39,371 nt of DNA from an uncultured Lentimicrobiaceae bacterium (GTDB lineage: Bacteria; Bacteroidota; Bacteroidia; Bacteroidales; 4484-276), in assembly GCA_964407625.1 (NCBI GenBank), contig CAYOWJ010000003.1:1-39371 (forward strand). Direction: 5' to 3'. The translations under genes were made by a program, and so were the position numbers. Below, piece after piece: positions 8,738 to 16,945 of the stretch (positions are counted from its first letter, which is position 1; the number at the start of each line of letters is the position of its first letter). The notes beneath the pieces are model-generated. The model had not been told where the DNA came from. It worked only from the letters and a program-made list of their open reading frames with translations, and searched no databases.

Positions 8738-8761
8738 AAAAAAACCTGGTTTTCCAGGCTT
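8738..8761 (-). terminator. Intrinsic terminator after the ECF sigma factor gene
   Basis: On the minus strand, AGCCTGG-AAAA-CCAGGTT is followed by a T run. It lies about 25 nt after the stop at 8785. Confidence 0.5.
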
Positions 8762-8784
8762 TTTCAATTTTAAAAATCTTTGCA

Positions 8785-9288
8785 TCATACATGATCGTGC
8801 AATGATTTCATTAGTTTTTTCCGGCTAAAGAAAATCCGGCTTTTTACCGTTCCAATCGAAAGGTCTAAATGATCGGCAATTTCTTTGTATTTAAATCCTT
8901 CATGGTGCATTTTAAATGGAATGCGATGCTCGTCTTCGAGATTATTTAGCACCGCTGAAACTTCCTTGTGTGATAAAACCGATTCTGGTGAAGCATCGGC
9001 GGCAGATTTACTCGAATTAAGGAAAAATAAATCTGTTGTCGAGTCCAAAACAGTGTTGATTTTCGTGTTTCTACGATAATTATTGATGAATGTATTTTTC
9101 ATGATGGTGTAGGTCCAGGCTTTAAGGTTTGTGTTTTCCTCAAATTTGTCCCTGTATGTCAATGCTTTTAAGTAGGTTTCCTGAACTAAATCTTTGGCAT
9201 CTTCCGAATTCTGAGTGAGTGTATTGGCAAAATATGAAAGATTATCCTGAAGATTCGTAAGCTGTTTTGTGAATTCCATTGTTCCCAT
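8785..9288 (-). CDS. RNA polymerase sigma-70 factor, ECF subfamily
   Basis: 167 aa with region 2 (DAKDLVQETYLKAL...NLKAWTYTIMKNTFINNYRR) and a region 4 HTH (YKEIADHLDLSIGTVKSRIFFSRKKL). No anti-sigma-like ORF lies downstream. Confidence 0.85.
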   Translation of the reverse strand: MGTMEFTKQLTNLQDNLSYFANTLTQNSEDAKDLVQETYLKALTYRDKFEENTNLKAWTYTIMKNTFINNYRRNTKINTVLDSTTDLFFLNSSKSAADASPESVLSHKEVSAVLNNLEDEHRIPFKMHHEGFKYKEIADHLDLSIGTVKSRIFFSRKKLMKSLHDHV

Positions 9289-9330
9289 AGCTGTAAGTTT
9301 TTAATGAAATAATGTTTAATAAATTCGATA

Positions 9331-9364
9331 CAAAGTTAAACAATAATTTAAAAAATCAAACAAA
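9331..9364 (-). promoter_or_regulatory. Candidate promoter for the ECF sigma factor gene
   Basis: On the minus strand, -7 TAACTTTG (plus CAAAGTTA 9331-9338). TTTG boxes (plus CAAA at 9357-9360 and 9361-9364) sit 18 or 22 nt away. It lies about 43 nt upstream of the ATG at 9288. Confidence 0.35.
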
Positions 9365-9697
9365 AAATATCAAAAAAAAAGTTAATCAATGCTTTATTAT
9401 GTTGTAAAATAATGATAATTAGTTAGATACCATTGAATTCAAATTTATTATCGTTTAAGAAATATTTAATTTACTTAAACAAATGAAATCTATTAGATAT
9501 GATCTAAATAATCTCTGCAAATATAGTACAGATGAGATGCGGTTATTTATTATTATTCTAAATAATTATTAAAATCTTTGAGAATCAGTTTTTCCGGAAT
9601 ATCAAAGGAATAGAAAGCATGAGGTAAAAATGACGAAACAGGCACTAATAGCCGGGAGTAAGGATTTATTAAAAAATTTACAGGATGAGTACCAACC

Positions 9698-10591
9698 TTA
9701 ATTCAACAAATCAAGTTGATATTTGAGTGAGTCAATGGATTCGATAAGGATGATATTGGAAGGGAAAATGTAATTGTGCAGTTTGAACTGAAGGCCTCCC
9801 ACAAATATTTTTTTTGAGGTAAACAAAGCAGCGAGTTTATCAAGATGATCCTGAACATCTTTAATTTTATAGGTGCTAGTAAAAACAGAAACGATCACGT
9901 CAGGGTGCTGAATGTCGGCAATTAACGATAAGTCATCAATAGGAACCATTTGGCCGAGGTAAATTACTTTGTGCCCTTTGCGCTGAATCAGGTATGAATA
10001 AAAGAGTAATGTTAATTCGTGAAGCTCGGTTTCGTGCAGATAAAGAATAAATGTTTTTTGGCTGGGCATATTCGATGGTCTTATCAAACCATCAATAGCA
10101 ACAATCATTTTTTGTCGGATCAGATTGGTGATAAAGTGTTCCTGAGCAGGATTTATCGTACCGATTTGCCATAAAATCCCGATTTTCTCAAAAAATGGCG
10201 ACAGTACTTTGGTCATTGTATCCTCAAAGCCAAGATTAAGGATTAAAGTATTTAATATCTTTTCGAACTTTTGCTCGTCAAGCTCCAGCATCGCAATCAT
10301 CAATCCTTCGATCTGGCTTTCGGTTTCGAGCGATTTGTTGCTGATCGAGATGATTTTATCATTTAATTCTTTGTTTTCGAGATTTGCAAGATTTGAAATT
10401 TTATATCCTTGCCTGTTGAGAATGGAAATGTTCAGAAGCTTTCGTAAATCGTCATTGGTGTAATACCTGATGTTTGTAAGGGTTCGCCTGGGTTCAACGA
10501 TATTGTATCTTTTTTCCCAAATCCTTAAAGTATGTGCCTTAATGCCGGTTAATTGCTCTAAATCTTTTATCGAATACGTAGTTGATGCCAC
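9698..10591 (-). CDS. MerR-family transcriptional regulator with a C-terminal cobalamin-binding-like domain (CarH/LitR-like)
   Basis: N-terminal MerR HTH YSIKDLEQLTGIKAHTLRIWEKRYN. The C-terminal Rossmann-like segment LHETELHELTLLFYSYLIQRKGHKVIYLGQ...VGG resembles the B12-binding E/DxHxxG...GG signature, with His kept and Gly replaced by Thr. The start must be GTG at 10589-10591, because no in-frame ATG precedes the HTH. Confidence 0.8.
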   Translation of the reverse strand: MASTTYSIKDLEQLTGIKAHTLRIWEKRYNIVEPRRTLTNIRYYTNDDLRKLLNISILNRQGYKISNLANLENKELNDKIISISNKSLETESQIEGLMIAMLELDEQKFEKILNTLILNLGFEDTMTKVLSPFFEKIGILWQIGTINPAQEHFITNLIRQKMIVAIDGLIRPSNMPSQKTFILYLHETELHELTLLFYSYLIQRKGHKVIYLGQMVPIDDLSLIADIQHPDVIVSVFTSTYKIKDVQDHLDKLAALFTSKKIFVGGLQFKLHNYIFPSNIILIESIDSLKYQLDLLN

Positions 10592-10717
10592 AGTCTGTTA
10601 TGTTTAGTCATAGTAACATATTATGATAACTTTTGTTTAGTGAAAAAACACATTTCATCAACAAAAGTGATAATGATCGTGGGATTGAATTTTCCGGGTT
10701 TTACTGTAGAGAATATT

Positions 10718-11131
10718 TTAGTGCTTTTCGGCGCTTATTTTGTCCTGTAATTTCAAAAGTTGAATGACTTCAAAAACACTAAAAGTGACATAAACACTAA
10801 AAAAACTTAGGATAAAATTAACGGCATCGGCTTTATTTAAAAGGGAATAGATAACGACGAGCGTTAAAAACAGCAGCAACTTTAATGCGGTTGCAATTAA
10901 AAAGAAGTTTACAAATTTGCTTGTCCTTTTTAAACTTGCTTTGATTTGATAATAAAACACCGAAGTTGTAAGAATTGTAAAGAAAATTATGATCGCCGGG
11001 ATGGCTGGGGAGATGTATTTCGTTGGTATTAAATAGAATAGAACCAAATAAACTGCAAACAGGATAATTGCAATAATGCTGGTTTTTTTTAAGAAATCTT
11101 TAAAGTAGCGAGATAATTGGTCGGATAGCAT
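10718..11131 (-). CDS. Small integral membrane protein (about 4 TM), of the type found between atpZ and atpB in Bacteroidetes
   Basis: 137 aa with four hydrophobic helices. It follows the AtpZ-like gene with a 19-nt gap. The family assignment rests on recalled synteny only. Confidence 0.55.
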   Translation of the reverse strand: MLSDQLSRYFKDFLKKTSIIAIILFAVYLVLFYLIPTKYISPAIPAIIIFFTILTTSVFYYQIKASLKRTSKFVNFFLIATALKLLLFLTLVVIYSLLNKADAVNFILSFFSVYVTFSVFEVIQLLKLQDKISAEKH

Positions 11132-11150
11132 TATTGAACATTGAAATTAA

Positions 11151-11363
11151 TTACAAAAAATCTTTAACAGAATGATAAATGGCGATACCAACAGAAGCCA
11201 CCGATAAGATAATTAAAAAAACAGGAAACTTTAAACCAAACCAGATATCGAGTTTGTATCCGGCAAAAGTGCCTGCCGCAATTATTATCATCATTTGAAA
11301 AGCGATGCTGGTGTATTGGGCAAAATTATTGAGTTTTTGCTTCTTTTTCTCTAAATCTTTCAT
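11151..11363 (-). CDS. AtpZ/AtpI-family small membrane protein
   Basis: MKDLEKKKQKLNNFAQYTSIAFQMMIIIAAGTFAGYKLDIWFG...: two TM helices with the G-x3-D-x-W pattern typical of the ATP synthase gene-1 (AtpZ) family. I trimmed the track ORF to the ATG at 11361-11363; it still overlaps the bactofilin gene end by 38 nt in another frame. Confidence 0.6.
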   Translation of the reverse strand: MKDLEKKKQKLNNFAQYTSIAFQMMIIIAAGTFAGYKLDIWFGLKFPVFLIILSVASVGIAIYHSVKDFL

Positions 11364-11739
11364 CTTCAAATGAAGTGTTGATTTCCTGTTTTGGAATATC
11401 ATCCATGTTGCAGGTGCCGGTGCATACTGCTCCAGGTTCGATAGCAAGTTTGTTTGTAAAAATATCGCCTGTTATTTTTGCTGAAGCTTTGAGCGTAAGT
11501 AATTCGTGAACGATAATTTTGGCAGCTATTTCGCCCGAAACATCAGCATTCTGGCAGATTATCTCGCCTTCGATTTTTCCGGAAGATCCTACTACTACTT
11601 TGCCTTTTGAGGTAATTGAGCCATACAAAATTCCGTCAATACGGAAATCTCCGTTGGTTTTTATGTGGCCTTTTATTACCGTTCCGATACTAAGAAAATT
11701 AATTGAAGGAGCGCTTTCAGTAGTGTTAATTTTTGCCAT
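11326..11739 (-). CDS. Bactofilin (polymer-forming cytoskeletal protein, DUF583)
   Basis: 137 aa with a repetitive beta-helical pattern (IKGHIKTNGDFRIDGILYGSITSKGKVVVGSSGKIEGEIICQNADVSGEI...GDIFTNKLAIEPGAVCTGTCNM). Confidence 0.8.
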   Translation of the reverse strand: MAKINTTESAPSINFLSIGTVIKGHIKTNGDFRIDGILYGSITSKGKVVVGSSGKIEGEIICQNADVSGEIAAKIIVHELLTLKASAKITGDIFTNKLAIEPGAVCTGTCNMDDIPKQEINTSFEDERFREKEAKTQ

Positions 11740-11894
11740 TTTAATATTTTTTCACAAGTTAATGATCGCGAAGATAAATAATTTATTTTTTCTCTATTAT
11801 TAAATCGCGGATATTATTTGGTTGGATAGTTGGCAACAAACTGCTAAACCTTGCTGTAAGACAAAAAACCCACAAATTCCCTTCATTTTATTAT

Positions 11895-14600
11895 CTACTG
11901 TTGAAGGTATTTATTCTCAAAAAATGCTTTATAGTCGGCAATATTTTTTTCGCGGTAAAGGATTGGATAATTGTCAACCGAAATGACCATGGTTTCATAA
12001 GTTGAACCTTCGAGTTGCGAACTGATGTATGGATTTCTGCCGATCGATTCGTAATAACCCATCACTTTTTCAACATTTTCAAAATTACCAACGGTCACCA
12101 TTTGGATTTCATCGAGAAAAACAATGCTATTAATCTTGAGTTGTTCGGTTGAATAATACTTTGAATTGAAATCCGAAATCCTGATTTTTAGCGCATTAAT
12201 GTTGATAGCCGAACTATTAACGAAATAAATAAAAAAGTGAATTGCACTTGAATCAGCAACATAGGGTGATCCGGTTAAATCTTTTGTCTCCTTTTTGTCC
12301 CCTGATGCTGCATCAGTTGGTTTGTCGGTTAATACCATAAGCCCCTTATCATCTTTTTGAAGCCTCGAAAGGATATCCGCGGCAAGCGGTTTTATTTCAC
12401 TATCGGGGTAGGTTGCAACCAAATATTCCAAAGATGTTGCCAGGGAATCGAGGTTCTGGATTTTACCAACTGAGAGGGCTTTTAAAAACTCAAATTTTGA
12501 AATAAGTATGTTATCCTGGTATTTTTCACGAGCTTCGTTATAGTTGTTGATTACCATGTAAAACTGGTTGTTCATGTAAGCCTGGTAAGTGTTTTCGTAC
12601 AGATGCTTTGCAGCATTTCGCCGGGCCTCCAGAACCAGATTGTAATTGGGATCGATAATTATTTTTGCATAATCGCTGTCAGGATATTCTTTCACAATTA
12701 AGTCTTTATAATAGTCGGATTTTGGGATGTCGGGGACTTCCTCATAATTTTTGTAAAGCTGATAATAAACCTGAAGCTTATTCTCTGCTTCGGGAAAGCG
12801 CTCTAACATTTTTTCGAAGGTTTCGATAGATTTAAGGTTATCCTTTAATCCGGATTTGTAAATGAAACCCATATTATAAAATGCTTCTTCAATCGTTGCA
12901 TTTGAAAGCTTGAGCAACTCTTCGGTTAAAGGCAGATCCTGGGTATAAAACTCACGTTTTTTTGGATCAGTCACCATAACCTTTGCTGTGCTATCTTGTC
13001 CAATGGAGTCGGTTTGGGCTTCTAGACCATCTTCTGCATCAAAATCAGTAACAATTTGTTTATTGCTCAATCGCCACAAATCTTCAAGTTTACGGCGGCC
13101 CCATTTTTTGCTAAATTCGGTAAATCCAAAACTTACAGCAGAGGTATTATAAAAATACCAGCCACCCGATTGCTGAATATTGCGATTTTGCTGGCGGTTG
13201 GTTTGTTCAAGCATCGAGAGTGAACGTTGCCTTTCGGCTTCTTCGGCTGCTTTTTTGGCCTCTTCTTCGGCAATTTTTTTGATAATTTTATCTATCACTG
13301 CGTTTCTTGCATCTTCAGGCATTTTAGCAAGTCTTTGAAGACTATCCTCGGTTTCGACTACTGTTAAGTTGGTTATCAGGTCGGTGAGGATGTTGGTTTT
13401 TGATTTGATTTGCTCATAATCAGGAAATTCTGGGGGCAAAAACTGCATGGTAGTATCATAATATGCCTGAGCCAGTGCGTAATCAGGTTGTTCAAAATGC
13501 AGTTCGGCGAGTTTTAATGCAGATAGTGACTTTTGAAAATCGTTCGAAACGCTCGACGAAACTGATAGGGTGAGGTATTCGATGGCTTTTGGGATATTTT
13601 GGTCCTTCAGGTAAATCTCAGCCAATGCAAAATAAATCTGATCCTTAAAATCTTCATTTTTAGAATCTTTCAGCATCTTATTGAGTTTTTTTACAATCAT
13701 GCTCCTGTTGCTCGATTTAGCATCGTAAGTTTTGGCCAGATTAATTTTTGCATTAAAGGCCATCTCATAAGGTGGATTTTTTTTAATTACGAGTTGATAA
13801 AGCCTGGCTGCTTCGCGCATGTCGCCTAACTCCTGATAAATTTGGGCAAGAATAAAACGAAGCCGGTTTTTAACTTTCTTTTGTCCGCTAAGTTCGATCG
13901 CTCTTTGAAGATGTTTTATTGACTGGTCGTACTTTTTCTGCTGAATGTAAAAACTGGCAAAGGTCATGTTAAAATCTTTCTCAAGATACGATGGGGCTTT
14001 ACCTTTTACCAGATTGCTTCTGAAATTATCAAGGACCGATTCAGATTTTTCGAATTCGTTGTTTTGATTATAGACTTTTGCGAGCCAGAGTTCTGCTTCG
14101 TAACGGCTATCTTCTTTGGCGAAGCGGTTTGTAATAAATTCGAAGGTTCTTTTTGCGCTGGGATAGTCCTTTTTATAAAGGTATGATTTTCCGATAAGCA
14201 TGTAGCTGTTATCAATCCACCTGACATACTCTTTCCGGCTGAAATACATCGAATGGCGCTGAATTACTTTTGATGCTTTCTCGATAGCCCTGTCCATTTT
14301 TGGATTAATGGATTGTGCATCCTGCTTTGATCCATATTTTACAACAGGAAGTACCGTGGTGTAATTGTCTTTCGCGTTTTTTTCCAATTCAGCAACCCCT
14401 TCTCTAAAACTCTCATTTCCATTCCAGAAGGCATTATAGTGAGCAGTTAAATTATGAAAGGTGCGGCTGGTAAACGTATTTTTTTTTGTTGAACAGGAAT
14501 TGAACAGTGCTAATAGTGCGACTATTATTACAAAAGCAAACCGAACTTTGATTGTCCAATAAATTTTGGTTGAGTATTTCAATAGATTGAAAGCTTTCAA
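11895..14600 (-). CDS. Large TPR-repeat lipoprotein, probable T9SS component PorW/SprE
   Basis: 901 aa with a lipoprotein signal (...ALLALFNSC). The segment following it, STKKNTFTSRTFHNLTAHYNAFWNG, matches my recollection of SprE/PorW N-termini. Multiple TPR-like helical repeats and a central Glu/Lys/Ala coiled stretch. The start is non-ATG (TTG at 14598-14600 or the TTG six codons later). Confidence 0.65.
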   Translation of the reverse strand: MKAFNLLKYSTKIYWTIKVRFAFVIIVALLALFNSCSTKKNTFTSRTFHNLTAHYNAFWNGNESFREGVAELEKNAKDNYTTVLPVVKYGSKQDAQSINPKMDRAIEKASKVIQRHSMYFSRKEYVRWIDNSYMLIGKSYLYKKDYPSAKRTFEFITNRFAKEDSRYEAELWLAKVYNQNNEFEKSESVLDNFRSNLVKGKAPSYLEKDFNMTFASFYIQQKKYDQSIKHLQRAIELSGQKKVKNRLRFILAQIYQELGDMREAARLYQLVIKKNPPYEMAFNAKINLAKTYDAKSSNRSMIVKKLNKMLKDSKNEDFKDQIYFALAEIYLKDQNIPKAIEYLTLSVSSSVSNDFQKSLSALKLAELHFEQPDYALAQAYYDTTMQFLPPEFPDYEQIKSKTNILTDLITNLTVVETEDSLQRLAKMPEDARNAVIDKIIKKIAEEEAKKAAEEAERQRSLSMLEQTNRQQNRNIQQSGGWYFYNTSAVSFGFTEFSKKWGRRKLEDLWRLSNKQIVTDFDAEDGLEAQTDSIGQDSTAKVMVTDPKKREFYTQDLPLTEELLKLSNATIEEAFYNMGFIYKSGLKDNLKSIETFEKMLERFPEAENKLQVYYQLYKNYEEVPDIPKSDYYKDLIVKEYPDSDYAKIIIDPNYNLVLEARRNAAKHLYENTYQAYMNNQFYMVINNYNEAREKYQDNILISKFEFLKALSVGKIQNLDSLATSLEYLVATYPDSEIKPLAADILSRLQKDDKGLMVLTDKPTDAASGDKKETKDLTGSPYVADSSAIHFFIYFVNSSAININALKIRISDFNSKYYSTEQLKINSIVFLDEIQMVTVGNFENVEKVMGYYESIGRNPYISSQLEGSTYETMVISVDNYPILYREKNIADYKAFFENKYLQQ

Positions 14601-14672
14601 ATTATTCTAAATTATCCCTGATTTGAATCTTTTACAGGCGATTGCAATTTCGCTTATTTAACTCTAAAACGG

Positions 14673-14680
14673 CAAAAATA
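14673..14680 (-). promoter_or_regulatory. Candidate -7 box (TATTTTTG on the minus strand) for the PorW/SprE-like gene
   Basis: Plus-strand CAAAAATA is the reverse complement of TAnnTTTG, about 73 nt upstream of the TTG start. No well-spaced -33 box. Confidence 0.3.
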
Positions 14681-14790
14681 TTTTATTTTCCCAAAACCAT
14701 CCTTTCAATTGTTTATTTACCCGAAAATCTCCGCCATTCACAATAAAATCATTCAATTTTCATTGATAACTCTTGTTGATGTAATTAGCA

Positions 14791-14798
14791 TACATTTG
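14791..14798 (+). promoter_or_regulatory. Candidate -7 box TACATTTG for the M23 peptidase-dxr-rseP unit
   Basis: Exact TAnnTTTG match 29 nt upstream of the ATG at 14827. Confidence 0.4.
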
Positions 14799-14826
14799 CT
14801 TTCGGTTTTTCAGAATTAGAAGTTTG

Positions 14827-15717
14827 ATGGTAAAAAAACATAAACACAGGGTTTGGTACGATGATAAGGGGTGGCGAAGGAAACTCAAGCGACGCTACAA
14901 ACTTGTTTTGATGGATGAAGAATCCTTTGAGGAGAAGATTTCTTTCAGCATTACACGATTAGGCGTACTGGTTTACGGAAGCTCATTGATCATTGTTTTG
15001 ATTCTTTCGACCATTTATCTTGTAGCCTTTACCCGCCTCCGCGAATATATTCCAGGATACACGGATGTTACTTTGCCCGAAAAAATTTACGAATTACAGC
15101 AAAAAGTCGATTCATTGGAGCGTGTATTCAGAAGCAACGACCTGTATGTTGCCAATTTTAAAAATATTATCGAAGGAAAAGAAATAGAGGAATCCTTATC
15201 ACCACCAGCAGGCAAAACTTACAATATTGATGCTGTCGAAATAGCGCCTTCTGCGGAAGAAGCGAAATTGCGTGAAGAATACGAAAGCCAAAGCATGTAC
15301 AACCTCTACGAAAACAAAGCTTTTAAAACAAATTCTGTTACGCTAGGAAATATGAATTTTTTCCCTCCACTTACCGGAATAGTTACCAGTAAATTTAACC
15401 CGGCTCAGGAACATTTTGGAATTGATATCGTTGCAACCCGCAACGAAGCGATTAAAGCTGTGCAGGATGGAACAGTGATTTTTTCGGATTGGACCCTGGA
15501 AACAGGCTATGTGATCAGCCTTCAGCATAACCATGATTTAATAACGGTTTACAAACACAACTCAACTTTGCTGAAACAGCAGGGAGCTTTTGTAAGAGCC
15601 GGTGAAACAATTTCGATAATTGGTGAATCCGGAGAATTGTCAACAGGCCCTCATTTGCATTTTGAACTTTGGTACAAAGGAAAACCAGTTGATCCTGAAG
15701 AATATATAGCTTTTTAG
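14827..15717 (+). CDS. M23-family (LytM domain) metallopeptidase with an N-terminal membrane anchor
   Basis: TM helix LGVLVYGSSLIIVLILSTIYLVAF and a coiled segment. The C-terminal M23 motifs are HFGIDIVA and GESGELSTGPHLHFELW. I prefer the ATG at 14827 over the adjacent TTG at 14824. Confidence 0.85.
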   Translation: MVKKHKHRVWYDDKGWRRKLKRRYKLVLMDEESFEEKISFSITRLGVLVYGSSLIIVLILSTIYLVAFTRLREYIPGYTDVTLPEKIYELQQKVDSLERVFRSNDLYVANFKNIIEGKEIEESLSPPAGKTYNIDAVEIAPSAEEAKLREEYESQSMYNLYENKAFKTNSVTLGNMNFFPPLTGIVTSKFNPAQEHFGIDIVATRNEAIKAVQDGTVIFSDWTLETGYVISLQHNHDLITVYKHNSTLLKQQGAFVRAGETISIIGESGELSTGPHLHFELWYKGKPVDPEEYIAF

Positions 15718-15760
15718 TTTAGTAATGCTTAGCTTTTACCTACCTCAAAAATAATAAAAT

Positions 15761-16921
15761 TTGCAGAAAAAATTAGCAATTTTAGGATCAACAGGATCAA
15801 TCGGAACTCAAGCGCTGGAAGTTGTGCGGCAAAACCGGGAACTTTTTAAAATTGACGTTCTAACCGCCCATAATAATGCTGATTTATTGATCGAACAAGC
15901 CATCGGGTTCAGGCCTGAAGTTGTTGTAATCGGCTGCACCAGCTCCTATGAAAAAGTAAAATCTGCCCTTGAGAAATATAAAATTACTGTACTGGCCGGA
16001 AATGATGCAATAAATGAAGTGGTTCAAAAGGAAAGTATCGATGTTGTTTTGGTTGCTTTGGTTGGTTTTATTGGATTGAAGCCGGTATTAAATGCCATTG
16101 AAGCAGGAAAAGATATTGCCCTGGCCAATAAAGAATGCCTGGTTGTTGCCGGCGAATTGGTAACATCACGTGCCAAAGAAAAAAATGTAAGGATTCTGCC
16201 GATAGATTCTGAACATTCGGCAATTTTCCAATGCCTTGCCGGTGAGGATTTCTCTACCATCGAAAAAATTTACCTCACTGCATCTGGTGGTCCTTTTTAT
16301 GGAAAAGACCGCGATTTTCTTGCTACTGTCACCAGAGAGCAGGCTTTGAAACATCCTAACTGGAGTATGGGAAAAAAAATCACCATCGATTCGGCTACCC
16401 TGATGAATAAAGGATTGGAAGTTATTGAAGCAAGATGGCTTTTTGATCTGAAACCTGAGCAGATTGATGTAATTGTTCATCCTCAATCGGTTATTCATTC
16501 AATCGTTCAGTTTATTGATGGTTCGATGAAAGCGCAAATGGGCATGCCTGACATGCGTGTTCCCATTCAATATGCTTTATCATTTCCACAACGAATCAGC
16601 TCAGGTTTTAAACGGTTCAGCTTCCTTGATTATCCAACACTTACTTTTTCGAAGCCGGATTGCGGGAATTTTAGTAATCTTGCACTCGCTTATCAGGCTA
16701 TGAAAAGAGGGGGTAATGTGCCTTGTATTTTAAATGCAGCCAACGAAATTGCAGTTGAAGCGTTTTTGGACGATAAGATTAAATTTGTTCAGATACCTCA
16801 GATTATTGAACAATCTATGGATTCAATTGGTTTTTGTTTGCATCCCTCCTTTGAGGATTATTTGTTAACCAACACCGAAACAAAGAAATTTGCCCGAAGT
16901 TTAATACATGAGTTGGCATAA
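15761..16921 (+). CDS. dxr: 1-deoxy-D-xylulose 5-phosphate reductoisomerase
   Basis: 386 aa. The N-terminus KKLAILGSTGSIGTQAL plus the LANKE, DSEHSA and NAANE blocks are typical of Dxr. The start is TTG (15761-15763), with no in-frame ATG before the NADPH-binding motif. Confidence 0.93.
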   Translation: MQKKLAILGSTGSIGTQALEVVRQNRELFKIDVLTAHNNADLLIEQAIGFRPEVVVIGCTSSYEKVKSALEKYKITVLAGNDAINEVVQKESIDVVLVALVGFIGLKPVLNAIEAGKDIALANKECLVVAGELVTSRAKEKNVRILPIDSEHSAIFQCLAGEDFSTIEKIYLTASGGPFYGKDRDFLATVTREQALKHPNWSMGKKITIDSATLMNKGLEVIEARWLFDLKPEQIDVIVHPQSVIHSIVQFIDGSMKAQMGMPDMRVPIQYALSFPQRISSGFKRFSFLDYPTLTFSKPDCGNFSNLALAYQAMKRGGNVPCILNAANEIAVEAFLDDKIKFVQIPQIIEQSMDSIGFCLHPSFEDYLLTNTETKKFARSLIHELA

Positions 16922-16945
16922 TTTATTATAAATTTAAAAATTGTA

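Noticed and set aside
9484-9573. 29-codon plus-strand ORF (MKSIRYDLNNLCKYSTDEMRLFIIILNNY) in the AT-rich spacer between the MerR-like and sigma genes
   Set aside because: No promoter box or other signal, chance-level length for AT-rich DNA, and the opposite strand to all its neighbours.
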